Below, piece after piece: positions 10,159-22,369 of a stretch of DNA of 64,000 bases (positions are counted from its first letter, which is position 1; each line of letters opens with the position of its first letter). Position numbers and translations under genes: made by a program. Origin of the DNA: Podarcis muralis (taxonomy: Eukaryota); NCBI RefSeq assembly GCF_964188315.1, contig NC_135658.1, positions 79,980,001 to 80,044,000 of the forward strand, written 5' to 3'. The notes beneath the pieces were generated by a model. That model worked only from the letters and a program-made list of their open reading frames with translations, did no database searches and was not told where the DNA came from.

Positions 10159-12824
10159 TGTTGTTCCCAGAAACGGAGGCTGATTTGGACTGGAGACCAG
10201 CTGAATTCACCAATCCTTTCCAAGTAGATATCTTGGGTTCTCTCTCTCTCTCTGGAACTGGCTGCTAATTGATCCTCCTGGCTTCATAACAAGAAGCGAA
10301 TGCTAATCCGGGTGCAGCATGTTTGCAGAGCTTTTGACTAGGTTGTGGTTTCTAGGTGCTGAGTGCCAGGGCTCGTTCTATGGGTTTTATAGTTATTCTC
10401 AGCCACTTCAGACCTACTACAGCAGCACAGAGTGCAGCATATGCATTTTAAATAACATTGCAATGGAGGAGTTCACACATCAGGCCCTTTCGCTACACAT
10501 TCCCCAGTTACCATAATGATGTGCATTTTGCTAGTGCTTGAGAAAGATAATAAATAACTCTTAACTAATAATAATGGCTGCAAATCTGTGAGTAGATGGG
10601 ACACCCCCCTCCTACAACCCATTTTATTCAATCTCTTTTATGCATTTGTGAAAATGGAATGCCTGTATCTATGTAACTGGAACTTTATTTCTTTAATGTC
10701 ACTTAAGATCTGAGGGTAAATTAACCAATCTCATCAGAGGGAGTGATATGAGTTTCAGAAATAAGTATAACTTTTATCCTACATTGCCTTTGACTGACAC
10801 AAAGGAAGTGATACTTATCTTTGCTATGTCACCGGTGGCATTTGCTTCGATGCATGAATGTTAAAGCAAACAGAAACAGCTTTTATCACAGCGGCAAGTC
10901 ATGATCTGCACTTAGGGCTCAATCTTGCCATCCGCTATGTGGGCATGAATTGATGTGCACTGGAGAGCAGGGCTGAGCCTTTCCGCTTATTATGGAATGC
11001 ATTCTAAAAATATCACAAAATACATAGGGGGTTGCAGGAATTCATTTTTTAAAAAAACTGCTAGAAGGAACAGGACTTCATTTTGCTCCTTCTCTCATGG
11101 AGAAAAGTCCAGATGGGAAAAACTGTCTCAGGGTATCCTAGTCCTTTCTCGTATCCTAAGCTGGATTTACTGTTAAAATGTAACAAATACTGCTGTGTCT
11201 AACTCAATGAAGAAGGTAGCAATGAACAGAAAACACAACCTAAGTTCAGAATCTGTTTTTCTCATCCAAGACCAGTACTGAGCAATAATGAATCAAATAT
11301 GTTGAAGGCTGTTGTACTTCTCTTGCATTTTGTTGCTTTATAAAACTCCCTTTCATATCACATGGATTTTAAAAAATGTTTAAGATAAAACTTTTGCAGA
11401 ATTGCATCCATAAATTAATATTATGTATTTCAAGGTTGGCAGAAGGTATATCAAGATCTAATGATAGATCTTGGAGGTGATCTGCAGTAGACTGGCAAAG
11501 GTTTCTGACTCCTAATGATTTAACAATAGCAATGATAAAAAGGCTTCCCTCTCCCCTAAATTTGGGCCCCTACCAGACTTGTGGTGGGTGTGGTTTGTGC
11601 ACCTCCTTCAGCATGTCATTAACACATTAGTAGTGGATTTGTAGGGGACCATCCAGTCTGCTGTAGAAAGGCATTGTGCCAGTTGGGATTTCTGTTGTCA
11701 TAGTTTACCTTAAGAGGGCAAGAGGGTCCAAGAAGCAGAGTGTGGAGGGGACTTCATTTCCATTTTGATTTGAACGATCTAGCAAGTTGTGTGGTGCAGG
11801 TTTCTAACGAGCATAAAATGTTCATTATAAAGTTAAGCAAGTAGGGGGCTAGCTGGGTTTTTTGCCCCAGGTGAAGCCTCCAGAGCGGTGCCATTGAGGC
11901 TCCCAGCCTGTGTGTGCATGCAAATGCATGTGTGTGGGGTGCCAAAGTAGGTCTTTGACCCGGGTGAAATAAAGCCTAGTTTCGCCCCTGGGGGAGGCAC
12001 CGTTTGGGCTCTGCTTTGAGCAACAAAGCATCTTGGTTAGGTGCATCTGGGCCTTCAAGGAAGATCTTGGCCAATATTGCATAGACCTTCTGGCTTTTGC
12101 ACCCAAGAGTCATCACTGGAATGAGCTTTGCTCTGGTCAGAATCATAGTTCAGGATGTCGCTGCCATGTTGACTCCACAATTCGTAATACAGTACACATC
12201 TGAAAATGTGGTATGTATGTCTTCAAGCCATATACTGTGCATAGCTTCAAAATCCAAGCAATTCATTCAAGTTTTACCCTGTGTACAGGTAATGCCTTTA
12301 GGGACATACTAGATGCCACAAGGGTTTGGACTTCACAAAGTTCTCTATCTCAGTTAAGAGCTAAATGTGATCGTTGTTTCAGATGGGTGAAGTACTCTGC
12401 TGAGATCTTGAGCTTTGCGACTGCAATTTAGCTACTCCTCAGATATAACTTATTTTTCCTTTCAGGTGACGAGAAGCATATTCTCAATAGACTTCTTTTG
12501 TCCATCAAAAGCACATACCATTTTTCTTTTAATGTGTAGTCTCATAAGGTCTGAGGAAACGTTAGGTTTGTGCAGGGATCACACATTCCTGTGGATTAGT
12601 GATCTACACCTCCTGCTTACGTATCATTGTAACCAAGTTCTTGACTTTACTTGATTTCTGGATGTTATTGACACCTTCGCCAATGCCTTCTTTTTATTTA
12701 TTTGTTTGCTGAATCCTACACAGTTCCCTCATAACGTTTCCCTAGCTCCAACATAGTTCCATGTGAAGAACAGTTGTAATGTAGCAAAACATTCACAAAA
12801 GTAGTGCAGTGATTCTAAGCTAAC

Positions 12825-13113
12825 TTGTTGTTGTTTAGTCGTTTAGTCATGTCCGACTCTTCGTGACCCCATGGACCAGAGCACGCCAGGCACTCCTGTC
12901 TTCCACTGCCTCCCGCAGTTTGGTCAAACTCATGCTGGTAGCTTTGATAACACTGTCCAACCATCTCGTCCTCTGTCGTCCCCTTCTCCTTGTGCCCTCC
13001 ATCTTTCCCAACATCAGGGTCTTTTCCAGGGAGTCTTCTCTTCTCATGAGGTGGCCAAAGTATTGGAGCCTCAGCTTCAGGATCTGCCCTTCCAGTGAGC
13101 ACTCAGGGCTGAC
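12825..13113 (-). mobile_element. Bov-B LINE 3' end
   Basis: Encodes LKLRLQYFGHLMRREDSLEKTLMLGKMEGTRRRGRQRTRWLD..., the typical Bov-B C-terminus; (CAA)n tail. Confidence 0.92.
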
Positions 13114-13269
13114 TTACTCCTAGGGAATAAGCAAGCAACACTGGGATTTACTATAGAGTAAATATTCAAAGGATTTTGCTACATACCATCTTATGCTTTT
13201 GTACTTCTACTCCAGAAATTCAGTGTGGGTTGTGATTCCCCCCTCTCCTTTTAGCTTTTAATTTTAGAG

Positions 13270-13698
13270 GTTGTTGGCATCCATCTGTCTTGGGAGACAA
13301 TGGGGGAGTGCATCTTTGGGGGTGTTGTTGGAAGGTTGCAGCGCCTGCTGTGGCTGTAGAGACCAACGCAGCAGAGAAATGTTTTGTTGTGAAGGCATCC
13401 TCCCAGTGATCATTTCTCCTCTGGCCTCTGCTATGGATATGCAACTTGATTGCCTGTCTCCAGGCACTCCAGTCATCTGCACGGGATTCCCACATGACAC
13501 GGTTGATGCTGCCAGCCTTCAGGTCATGTTTGCAGACATCTTTGTAACACAGAGTTGGTCTGCCAATGGGCCTGGTGCCAGAAGCCAGCTCCCTTGTAGA
13601 GCATGTCCTTGGGGATCCTGCCATCTTCCATTCTGTGGACGTAACCAAGCCAGTGTAGATGCCGCTGAGACAGGAGTGCGAACATGCTGGGAATGTGG
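13270..13698 (-). mobile_element. RTE-clade LINE 3' fragment (not Bov-B), frameshifted
   Basis: WLGYVHRMEDGRIPKDMLY/ELASGTRPIGRPTLCYKD matches the RTE C-terminal signature; tail ggatgccaacaac. Confidence 0.88.
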
Positions 13699-13870
13699 AC
13701 TTTTTAAAGGTATGTTTTAATTTTCGCAAAGTTTATATGTGAAATCTTAAAAAGCTCAACGGTTACAGCTTGTAAGCACTTAGATGAAATAAGTACTTTG
13801 ATGAAGTAAGTGCCTGGATGCTGTCTTCCTAGAGCAGAGGACCAAACATTCAAAAAGGAGAGATATAGTA

Positions 13871-14075
13871 GTCATGGGAGAGGAGACTTCAACTACCCCA
13901 ATATCTGTTGGAACGCAAACTCTGCTAAGAATGTAAGGTTGAACAAATTCCTCAGTTGCCTCACTGACAATTTCATTTCCCAGAAGGTGGAAGCAGCAGC
14001 AAGGGAATCATTTATCTTGGACCTGGTCCTTACCAACAGGGAGCAACTGATCAATGAAGTGGAAGTACTGGTATC
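13871..14075 (+). mobile_element. CR1 ORF2 APE-endonuclease fragment
   Basis: GDFNYPNICW...FLSCLTDNFISQKVE...ILDLVLTNREQLINEVEV. Confidence 0.8.
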
Positions 14076-14224
14076 CTTGAGAGGCTTTCTAGCATCACCA
14101 TGGGAAATCAGTCTTCTTAAAGTCCAGAGTGCATCTCCGACTATACTGTTTTCCCTTGCCTCTGTTTAATGAAACTCAAGAGGACCCAATCACTTCCTCT
14201 CAAGGGATCTCACCCAGTAGTTCC

Positions 14225-14333
14225 TTAAGCTTTTTGAAATCAGCCATCTGTCATGGATAATTTATTTCAGATTCCTACATTGCAGGAAGTTGGACTAGAT
14301 GACCCTCAGGATCCCTTCCAACTCTATGATTCT
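14225..14333 (+). mobile_element. CR1 3' terminus
   Basis: ttggactagatgaccctcaggatcccttccaactctatgattcta is the canonical CR1 tail. Confidence 0.75.
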
Positions 14334-15445
14334 ACAAAGACAAGCAACCATTAGCAGTCTTCCAGCTTATGAAATGCAGTGTTGGGTACTGAATTGTTAG
14401 CTTCAGTCAGTTCCAAGTACATCTATCTGCCTGGAGTATTTTTAAAATATATATATATATAGATTTTGCTTCCTTTTAAAAACACAGAGAGAATAGGAAT
14501 AGGAGATATCATAGGTACTTTTCAATGAGTAGTCATTGCCCCAATGCACTATTTTTTCCCCCCACTACAAAAACCCACTTTGCAATCTGGCCTTATAAAA
14601 ATGCATTGTATATAGAACTGCTCCTTGGTTACACAGTGAGAATATTGTCATCCATAACTGTGTAGAATGAAAGCACTGTACTCCATGGCCTCATTTGTAC
14701 CACCGAAAGCGGAGACCATTAATTGGGCTCAAGGACACACTTTGTTTTTATGAGTGTAGACACTTTTTGACCTGGGAAGCTCCTTGAACTTAAAACGATC
14801 CATCCATTCTCTGCGTTTCCCTTCTCAAATCTCTCTACTATTTTGTTATTTGCAAAAATACAAAGGGGGATGTTGTTGATTTCTTTTTCTTTTTTTAAAG
14901 GCATAATTGAAAACAACAAATTGTGCAGATGTGCCCAGTACCACAAAAAGAAGGGTATTTTAAAATGAAATCCTGGTCATGGAGCATAACTGTTCACAAC
15001 TAGCAGTTATGGTAGCTAAATTGAACATCTCAGTTCATAGGTGGTATATCCCTGGATACTAGGTGCTTGCTATGAAGCAAACAACAGGGGTGACAGATGT
15101 CGTCATGACCTCCTTGTGAGCATGCTGTGGAGAGAAAACAGAGAGAAGCCCGCCCCCCCCCACCAGTAAAGCTAGAACCTAAGGTCACCCAATGAAACTG
15201 AATGGGGAGAGGTTCAGGGAACACTAAAGGAAGTACTTATTTACTCAATGCATCAACTATGCAATTCACTGACAAAAGGTGTGATAATGGGTACCAGGGC
15301 AGGGGTGCCAACATGAATAAAATATTGGGGAGGGGCAGGCAGGTCCCTCCCTGCATAATCAATCATAAAATGTGGTGCATGCACATCATTTGAATGGCAA
15401 TGCCCATCAACTTGGGAGGGGGTTGGCCCCCTCAAATATTGTCCC

Positions 15446-15758
15446 AGCTCCTGCCAACCTAGCAGTTCAAAAGCATGTCAAAGTGCAAGTAGATAAATAG
15501 GTACATAGCTCCTGCCAACCTAGCAGTTTGAAAGCATGTCAAAGTGCAAGTAGATAAATAGGTACCGCTCCTGCGGGAAGGTAAACGGTGTTTCTGTGCG
15601 CTGCTCTGGTTCGCCAGAAGCGGCTTAGTCATGCTGGCCACATGACCCGGAAGCTGTACGCTGGCTCCCTCGGCCAATAAAGCGAGATGAGCGCCGCAAC
15701 CCCAGAGTCGGCCACGACTGGAGCTAATGGTCAGGGGTCCCTTTACCTTTACCTTTAC
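15446..15758 (+). mobile_element. 5'-truncated Sauria SINE with a 61-bp-period tandem duplication at its 5' end
   Basis: 59-bp units at 15446-15504 and 15507-15565 (2 mismatches); normal body and (ACCTTT)n tail. Confidence 0.93.
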
Positions 15759-15945
15759 TGCCTTCTTATTCTGCTTGTGAGCTTTCCAAAGGCATCTGGT
15801 TTGCCACTTTATGAATCAGGATGCATGACTAGTATAATGGTCTTTAGTCTGACTGAGCAGAGTCCTCCTACATTTTTACCTGGCTAACCACAAAATGTAG
15901 GATTATATAGACTTTGGACTGCTGCAGCAAGACTGTTCTCATATA

Positions 15946-16173
15946 CAATTATACCTTGGAAGTTGAACGGAATCTGTTCCGGAAGTCCGTTTGACTTCCA
16001 AACATTTGGAAACCAAAGCATGGCTTCTGATTGGCTGCAGGAAGCCCCTGCAGCCAATCAGAAGCCACAGAAGCCTCGTCAGACGTTCGGCTTCCAAATA
16101 GTTCGCAAACCAGAATCAAATTGGGAGCCAAAACGTTCGAGAACTAAGCTGTTCAAAAACCATGGTACGACTG
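15946..16173. mobile_element. Tc1/mariner-type MITE with internal hairpin
   Basis: Degenerate TIRs (caattataccttgg / ccatggtacgactg), TA on the left; perfect 20-bp inverted repeat at 16022-16041 and 16047-16066; same family as 57471-57685. Confidence 0.75.
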
Positions 16174-16204
16174 TCTGGAAAAAAGATAGCTGGCGGTTTA
16201 TCCA

Positions 16205-16635
16205 CTGCACTTAGCAGTCTGAATGCCTGGTCAACTCAGAAGAAGGCCATGCTGATCCACGATCTTATCATGAACAAACAGACTGACCTGGCAAGCCTAG
16301 CCAAGACCTGAGCAGTAGAGCTGGGTGGGACTGACCTGATATAGTTCTGCCCACCTGGGTACTCTGTGCAACACCAAACCAGACTAGAGGGTCAGGACAG
16401 TGGCATTTCCATAGTTCATAGAAACTAATTCTCTTTCACAAGGAAACATCTCCTCTTAGGAGCTGGACTCGAGTACCTACATCTGTCATGGGAGATAGGT
16501 TGAAGATATTTTCCATGTACCCCCCACCTTGCTGGCCTTCTGAGTGAACTGACCAAGATGTAACTGGCATAGTCTTGGAGGAACCTAGGAAAAGTGGTCC
16601 TGGGAGACTTCATTATCCTTGCCAAGGATGCCTCA
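16205..16635 (+). mobile_element. L2 ORF2 endonuclease-domain fragment, degenerate
   Basis: Decayed LNA..LIHDLI..DLA, LCPPGYSVQHQ.RLEG and VVLGDF motifs. Confidence 0.72.
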
Positions 16636-17037
16636 AGGTCTGTTTGTGATTTTAGCATTTTTCAGTAACAAAGTGCTTTATGTTATTTCTTAATCCTCAC
16701 AATAAATCCTAGAGGCAAGTTGCTGATGAGAGGCCTCAGGAGGGGGAGGAAGAGAGAATCCTCCTATGATACCAGGAAGGGAACTGAAGATAATCAAGTG
16801 TGCTCAAATATGAGAGGAAAGTAGGGAAGCTCTTACTGAAGTCCACAAACACCACACCTGCCTTTAACCAGTTTTAATCAATCTCACCATCCCATATCAA
16901 AACAGATAAAGATAAATGCCCCCTCTGCTTACCCCATGTAATTTGAGTACTGGTAATTATACCCATTTATCTAGGTCTGGGGTGTTTTTAAAAAGCTTTC
17001 TTTCGATAATGCTTAATGTCATGAGGTCACCTGAAAG

Positions 17038-17127
17038 CATAGCTGTCAACTTTTCTCTTTTCTTGCGAGGAATCCTATTCAGAAAAAGGGAATTTCCCTT
17101 TAAAAAAGGGAAATGTTGACAGCTATG
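17038..17127. mobile_element. 90-bp hAT MITE, copy 1
   Basis: Perfect 13-bp TIRs catagctgtcaac...gttgacagctatg; perfect 8-bp TSD cctgaaag at 17030-17037 and 17128-17135. Confidence 0.93.
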
Positions 17128-18299
17128 CCTGAAAGCTGTTCGATAATTTCTAATATAAATGACATTATTGATAAATCTGAAAACAAAAGCAATACTGGAC
17201 TTCCATTTTAAAACATCCACTCTACTTCATTCAAAATATGAATTGCAGTAAATTTGTCCAGATTTTTTTTAATATAAAATCAGTTTTAGACTTTTACAGA
17301 CTGGCTGTTTGTCGTTAAGGATTTAACAGTATGCTTTGCATGTTTTCTTTGTACGTGAAGTTATTTGCAGTGTAATCCTATACTACTAAGAAGTAAATCC
17401 CCTTGAGTTCAACATGACTTATTCGCATATTAAGTGAGCATAGGACTTCCACCCTAGTTAGTATTTAGGCACTTGATTTTGAAAAACTGTAGGTCATTGG
17501 TTGGCTAAGCTATTTTAACCAATGCAGCATTAGGCAGGTGTTGTTACTCAAATGCCAAAACTGTGAAGAGGCAAAATGGTGAAGAACAAGTAGCCAAAGT
17601 GGGAAAGTATTACATCTCACTGAACTTCTCTAGAGCCATAACTGCAGATTTGGTTATTCGTGGAAGCATATGAATATCAATTTGAAAAACCAACAGCATA
17701 ATGGTAAGGCTGTGATAACATATTATAGTGATATCAGGTGATAATATATTATGATTTGGTGTTACATTTATTCAGCATGTAATTGAACGTGCTGAATTTT
17801 TATTAAGATCAGCTGACTAGAATTCCAGTTTTACACTGTGTTCTATTCCATTTTCAATAGGGTAAAAGAGAATCTCCCTTTAAAAAAAAGGAAAAAGGAA
17901 GCCAGAACAGATGCTTTTCATCCTTATTTCAAATTGATCAGTTCCGGATAGGCTACTGACAAATCTATGCAAATATCACAGGAAATACTACTAAAAAAAA
18001 AATGTATCAAAGTAAAAATAACTGACTTGATGATTTCTCACATGCTGACAATTCCAAAAGAATTATTACAATGGGTTTAAGAACTCTTCCTACTGATGTC
18101 AGTCAATTAAATACTTTGGCGATACTGGAATGAGTACCACATAAGAAGCTAGAGAAAGATAATTCCATTTCTCCCACTTTGGGCTTCCATAATAAGGGTG
18201 AGTTCAGCTCTAATTTGCAGTGTGCATAATACTGCAGTTAAAAAAAGAAAGAGGCTTAGACGTTTGTGATCCCATTTACTTACTGATATGGATTCGGCT

Positions 18300-19330
18300 T
18301 CTCTAACCAAGGTTAAAAGTAATTTGGGAACTGTTCGCTCCCACCTGCATCAGCATTTTAAATCTGTTCTGCTGCAGCTGAGAGAGAGAGCGAGGGAAAG
18401 AATCTTATGCGAGGCACCCAAACTCCTTGGCAATATTTGCCTTCACAAAGCAACTGCAAGCCTTAAAAGCCTTTAAAGGAAAATAATGGCTTTAAAAATG
18501 CGCCAACATAGATACCAAGACCACTAAATACATTGATGACCAATTCAGCTCTGAGTGGACAGTCTGTTTGACATGCCTTCATTTGGCATGTTAAACCAGT
18601 CGTCAATAAGCCATTGATTAATCAAAAGATGTCGTTTCGAAACAGGAACTTGCTTCTCTCGAGGTTTGCTGGGCTCATTAAAGATCCCTCAGCTGCTCTG
18701 ACTTCATCGGCAATCTTGTGAAGGGGCAGCATCAGAAGCAGCCCACTGATTGGGACTCCATTGGCTCAGCAGGGGATCCAAGAGCTCAGTGGAGGGAAAG
18801 TGTCAGGTTAAAAATATGTCTTGGTGTTTGCAGGGCTGGGAAAAGAATGCCCTGGCTGTGCTAATTGGAAGGGATTGAAAGATCTGGGTGGTAGCCAAAC
18901 CGTCCTGAGTGTAATGTGGGAAGGTGGGACTTCTGCAATGAGCATGCAGCACTGAATCTAATCTCCCATCAGGCTTCAATTCTATCAATGCACGCGCCCA
19001 GCAATTGCAATTACCCTGGAATCTTTTTTTGCGGGGTGGCGGTGGGAGAGAAGCTCAAACACAATGCTCTTGACTGCAGAGAGAGCCCAGGCAAATTTTA
19101 CGTGACACCGTCGTAGAATGAGGCAAAAACAATGAAGGAGCTTCTGAAATGGTAGTGATTATTGCAGAATGCGATACTGCTACTGTTAAACCGTGCAGGG
19201 AACTTGTTAAAAAAAAACCCAGATAAAAGGTGAGCGTCACTCAAATATTTTTTCAGTCAGCTTCGGGGGGAATTGAATTCAAACAGCAATTTCTGAATGG
19301 ATTTTGCTTACAAAGTCCTGCTACTTCTTG
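18300..19330. promoter_or_regulatory. Candidate conserved non-coding element / enhancer cluster
   Basis: No recognisable repeat; visibly more CpG than the flanks; palindrome ttgattaatcaa (18614-18625), TGACA (18569-18573), inverted repeat at 18567-18595. Conservation untested. Confidence 0.45.
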
Positions 19331-19508
19331 ATTTTGTGTTCACACTGCAGTCCTGTGCACATTTTTTCAGAAGTCACACACTCTTCAATGGGGCTCACTC
19401 CCTAGTAAGTGTGCTTAGAGTTGCAGCCTTGCAGAGTGTTTCTGCACTTCATTTAACTTGGGATCGTAGCTCATTCTACTCCTGTGTTACTGCCATTGGC
19501 AGCTAACT

Positions 19509-19598
19509 CATAGCTGTCAACTTTTCCCTTTTCTTGCGAGGAATCCTATTCGGAATAAGGGAATTTCCCTTTAAAAAAGGGAAACGTTGACAGCTATG
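19509..19598. mobile_element. 90-bp hAT MITE, copy 2
   Basis: Same TIRs; perfect 8-bp TSD agctaact at 19501-19508 and 19599-19606; 86/90 identical to copy 1. Confidence 0.93.
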
Positions 19599-19709
19599 AG
19601 CTAACTGGGTTCTGTTTCACTTGCCCAGTTGTTACTATCACATTGGATATAATTACAATTTGTGGTAGTCGTTTATGCTGCTTTCCCAGCACTTTCCTCT
19701 TCCTGTAGG

Positions 19710-19905
19710 ACTTAAGAGCATAAGAGAAGCCCTCAGGGTAAAGGCCCATCTAGTCTAGCATCCTGTTCTCACAGTGGCCAACCACATGCCTATGAGAAGC
19801 CCACAGGCTGGTCTTGAGTGCCACAGCACTCCCCCATCTCTGATTCTCAGCATGCTGTGTCCAATGGTGAAGGTAGAACACAGATATCATAGTTAGTAGT
19901 CATTA
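19710..19905 (-). mobile_element. Old CR1 3' fragment
   Basis: cataagagaagcc...ggcccatctagtctagcatcctgttctcacagtggccaacc resembles a reverse-complemented CR1 3' UTR. Confidence 0.6.
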
Positions 19906-20670
19906 ACTTCTATCCCACATGCTTGTCAGCAGTACTACCTAACTAACAAATAAATGCAGTGACCTTCACACTGGAAAATAAAGACCATGTGCTGTGCTTC
20001 ATGAATCCTTCTAGTTCCAGCTGTGAGTGAGATGCCTATGGTTACTTTCTGGAGAGAAGAGATTCTGTATGTACTCTGAGACTGTGACTTCTTTAGCCAT
20101 TCTGGAGGTGTAGCCCAAAATCACTCCCAGTAATGTGTGTCAGAGAGACATGGAGTCCATGACCTGACGCCAGATTCTAAAAGATGGGACTGGTTCACAT
20201 ACGTATGTATAGCACTTGGTTACTTAGTACTAGATTATCTCAGCAGACTTCGAATCGAGTCCACTGTTTTCCAGGTGATGTGAGCTGATAGGCAGGCACT
20301 AAATTGGGCATTAGAACTCTGGTGGGTCATTCACAGGTACAAGTCGGCACTGCAGTCATCCAGTGATGAACATGCACGTGCCAACCAGTTCACAGTTGAC
20401 TAGCTGATTTCATCCACATTCACTATTCAATTACTGCCTCGTCGTATGACTCATTCTGGAGCCAGCAGTGTCCTGAAACACTGAAGCAAATTCTTTTATT
20501 ATTCTAAGTTATAGGTTCCCAAAATGTGTGGTCTATGGACCACCAGTAGTCCATGAGCTTTATTCAGGTGGTCCGTGGTCGTGATTCTACATAGTGGTAT
20601 AGCTATGTGCATATGGAGAATTGTGTGTGTGTGTGTGTGTGTGTGTAAAGAATAGTGAGCACAGTGGTTA

Positions 20671-21016
20671 AAGGTAAAGGTAAAGGATCCCTGACAGTTA
20701 TGTCCAGTCGCGAACGACTCTGGGGTTACGGCGCTCATCTCACTCTATAGACCGAGGGAGCCAACGTTTGTCCGCAGACAGTTTTTCCGGGACATGTGGC
20801 CAGTATGACTAAGCCGCTTCTGAAGAAACCAGAACAGCGCACGGAAATGCCATTTACCTTCCCGCTGGAGTGGTACCTATTTATCTACTGCTAGGTTGGT
20901 AGGAGCAGGGACCGAGCAACGGGAGCTCACCCTGTCACAGGGATTCGAACCGCCGACCTTCTGATTGGCAAGCCCTAGGCTCAGTGGTTTAGACCACAGT
21001 GCCACCCGCGTCTCAC
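20671..21016 (-). mobile_element. Sauria SINE, full length (variant with gtctgcggacaaac segment)
   Basis: Tail and head present; 15-bp TSD tgagcacagtggtta at 20656-20670 and 21017-21031. Confidence 0.95.
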
Positions 21017-22369
21017 TGAGCACAGTGGTTATGTGTGTACAAATAACAGTGGCCACAGATACTTTGGACTATAACTCCCATCAATTCCTGCCAGCACAGC
21101 TGCCTTTCCTATTCTTTTAGATTAGGATATCAACAGCTGGGAGCTTGCGCTTCTACAGACATCTCTTCATATCACGGTTTGGTGTGTGTGTGATCCTTTG
21201 CTCAATTTAAGTCATGTTTCAAATGGCTTAGTTTGCATATTTAGATAGTCGTCTATATTTTTAAAACATTTCATTCTCACCACAGTAGATTGTTCTCCTG
21301 ACATGTGTTAAAGACCATTGTCTTTATAAACAAACAAGACATTAACGTAAGGATTGTTTTTAAATGACAATTCTCAAACACCTCATTTGGATTCTAATTA
21401 GGCGCCTTTCATCTCAGGCTCCTGTTTAAAGTACAGGACTAAACCAGGATCACAATCAGATTAATATAATGGTGAGGGAAGTTCATTTTCACCAGTGAAG
21501 GGAGTGCCCTGCAATTAAGTTCCCACACATGTGAGTTATGGGTCATTTGACCATTATTTGACTAATCCAGTCGTGAGGAGAATGCCTTGTGAAAATAAAT
21601 CTTACTGAACTAGTGGCTCCTATGATGGATTCTCTCCCCCACCCAACCATGTTCTCTGTGCTGCCGTTCAGCTTACCCTTTTGAAGCCAACCCTAGGTGT
21701 TTTGACATTGTTATGGGGAATTTTATCAGAGCTCACAGGAGCCTTTGCGAAGAAAGAAACAATAGAAGTAGCAGAAAATAAGTAATAAATAGATAACCAG
21801 AAGCCAGCGCTAGCACAATGAACGCTCACTCATCAGTTTCAACAGCATCTTTTGTCCTGGGATGGTCTGAACAACCATTTAAAAAAAGAAAAGAAAGAAA
21901 AGCAACAAAGTTTGTGATTAATCCAGGATCATGTGTTCTTACAGCCACTTTGTGAGCAAGAGACCAAGAGGAATTAAACAGGAAAAATTGCTGCAAAATG
22001 ACTTCTGGCATCATTTGAAACATTGACAATGTTCAAGGCTTTAGGATAAATAACTACAAGGGTGACCTGCTACAAAAATTTGCAGCGAATCCTAACCTCC
22101 TAGCACACAGCTATGGCTACTTTCAGAATACTGTCAGCATTCTACTCTGGAGCTCTCCATTTTCTTTTCATTGGATATTTGTTGTTCTGTGACCACCAAG
22201 CAACAGACTAGCCAGTGGGTGGGTTTGTTTGTGTTTTTAGTTTTATATTTTCGCTCCTTAAGATGGGATAACATACAGACATACAGACATACAAACTTAC
22301 TAGGAAGTCAGAAGTAGCTTTAGCTCAATGCTGAGTGCATACTGCATGAGAAAACCCCAGATTAGAAAG

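Noticed and set aside
17038-19598. Single composite transposon inserted as a unit
   Set aside because: Each MITE has its own distinct 8-bp TSD, and the outer flanks (cctgaaag versus agctaact) do not match.
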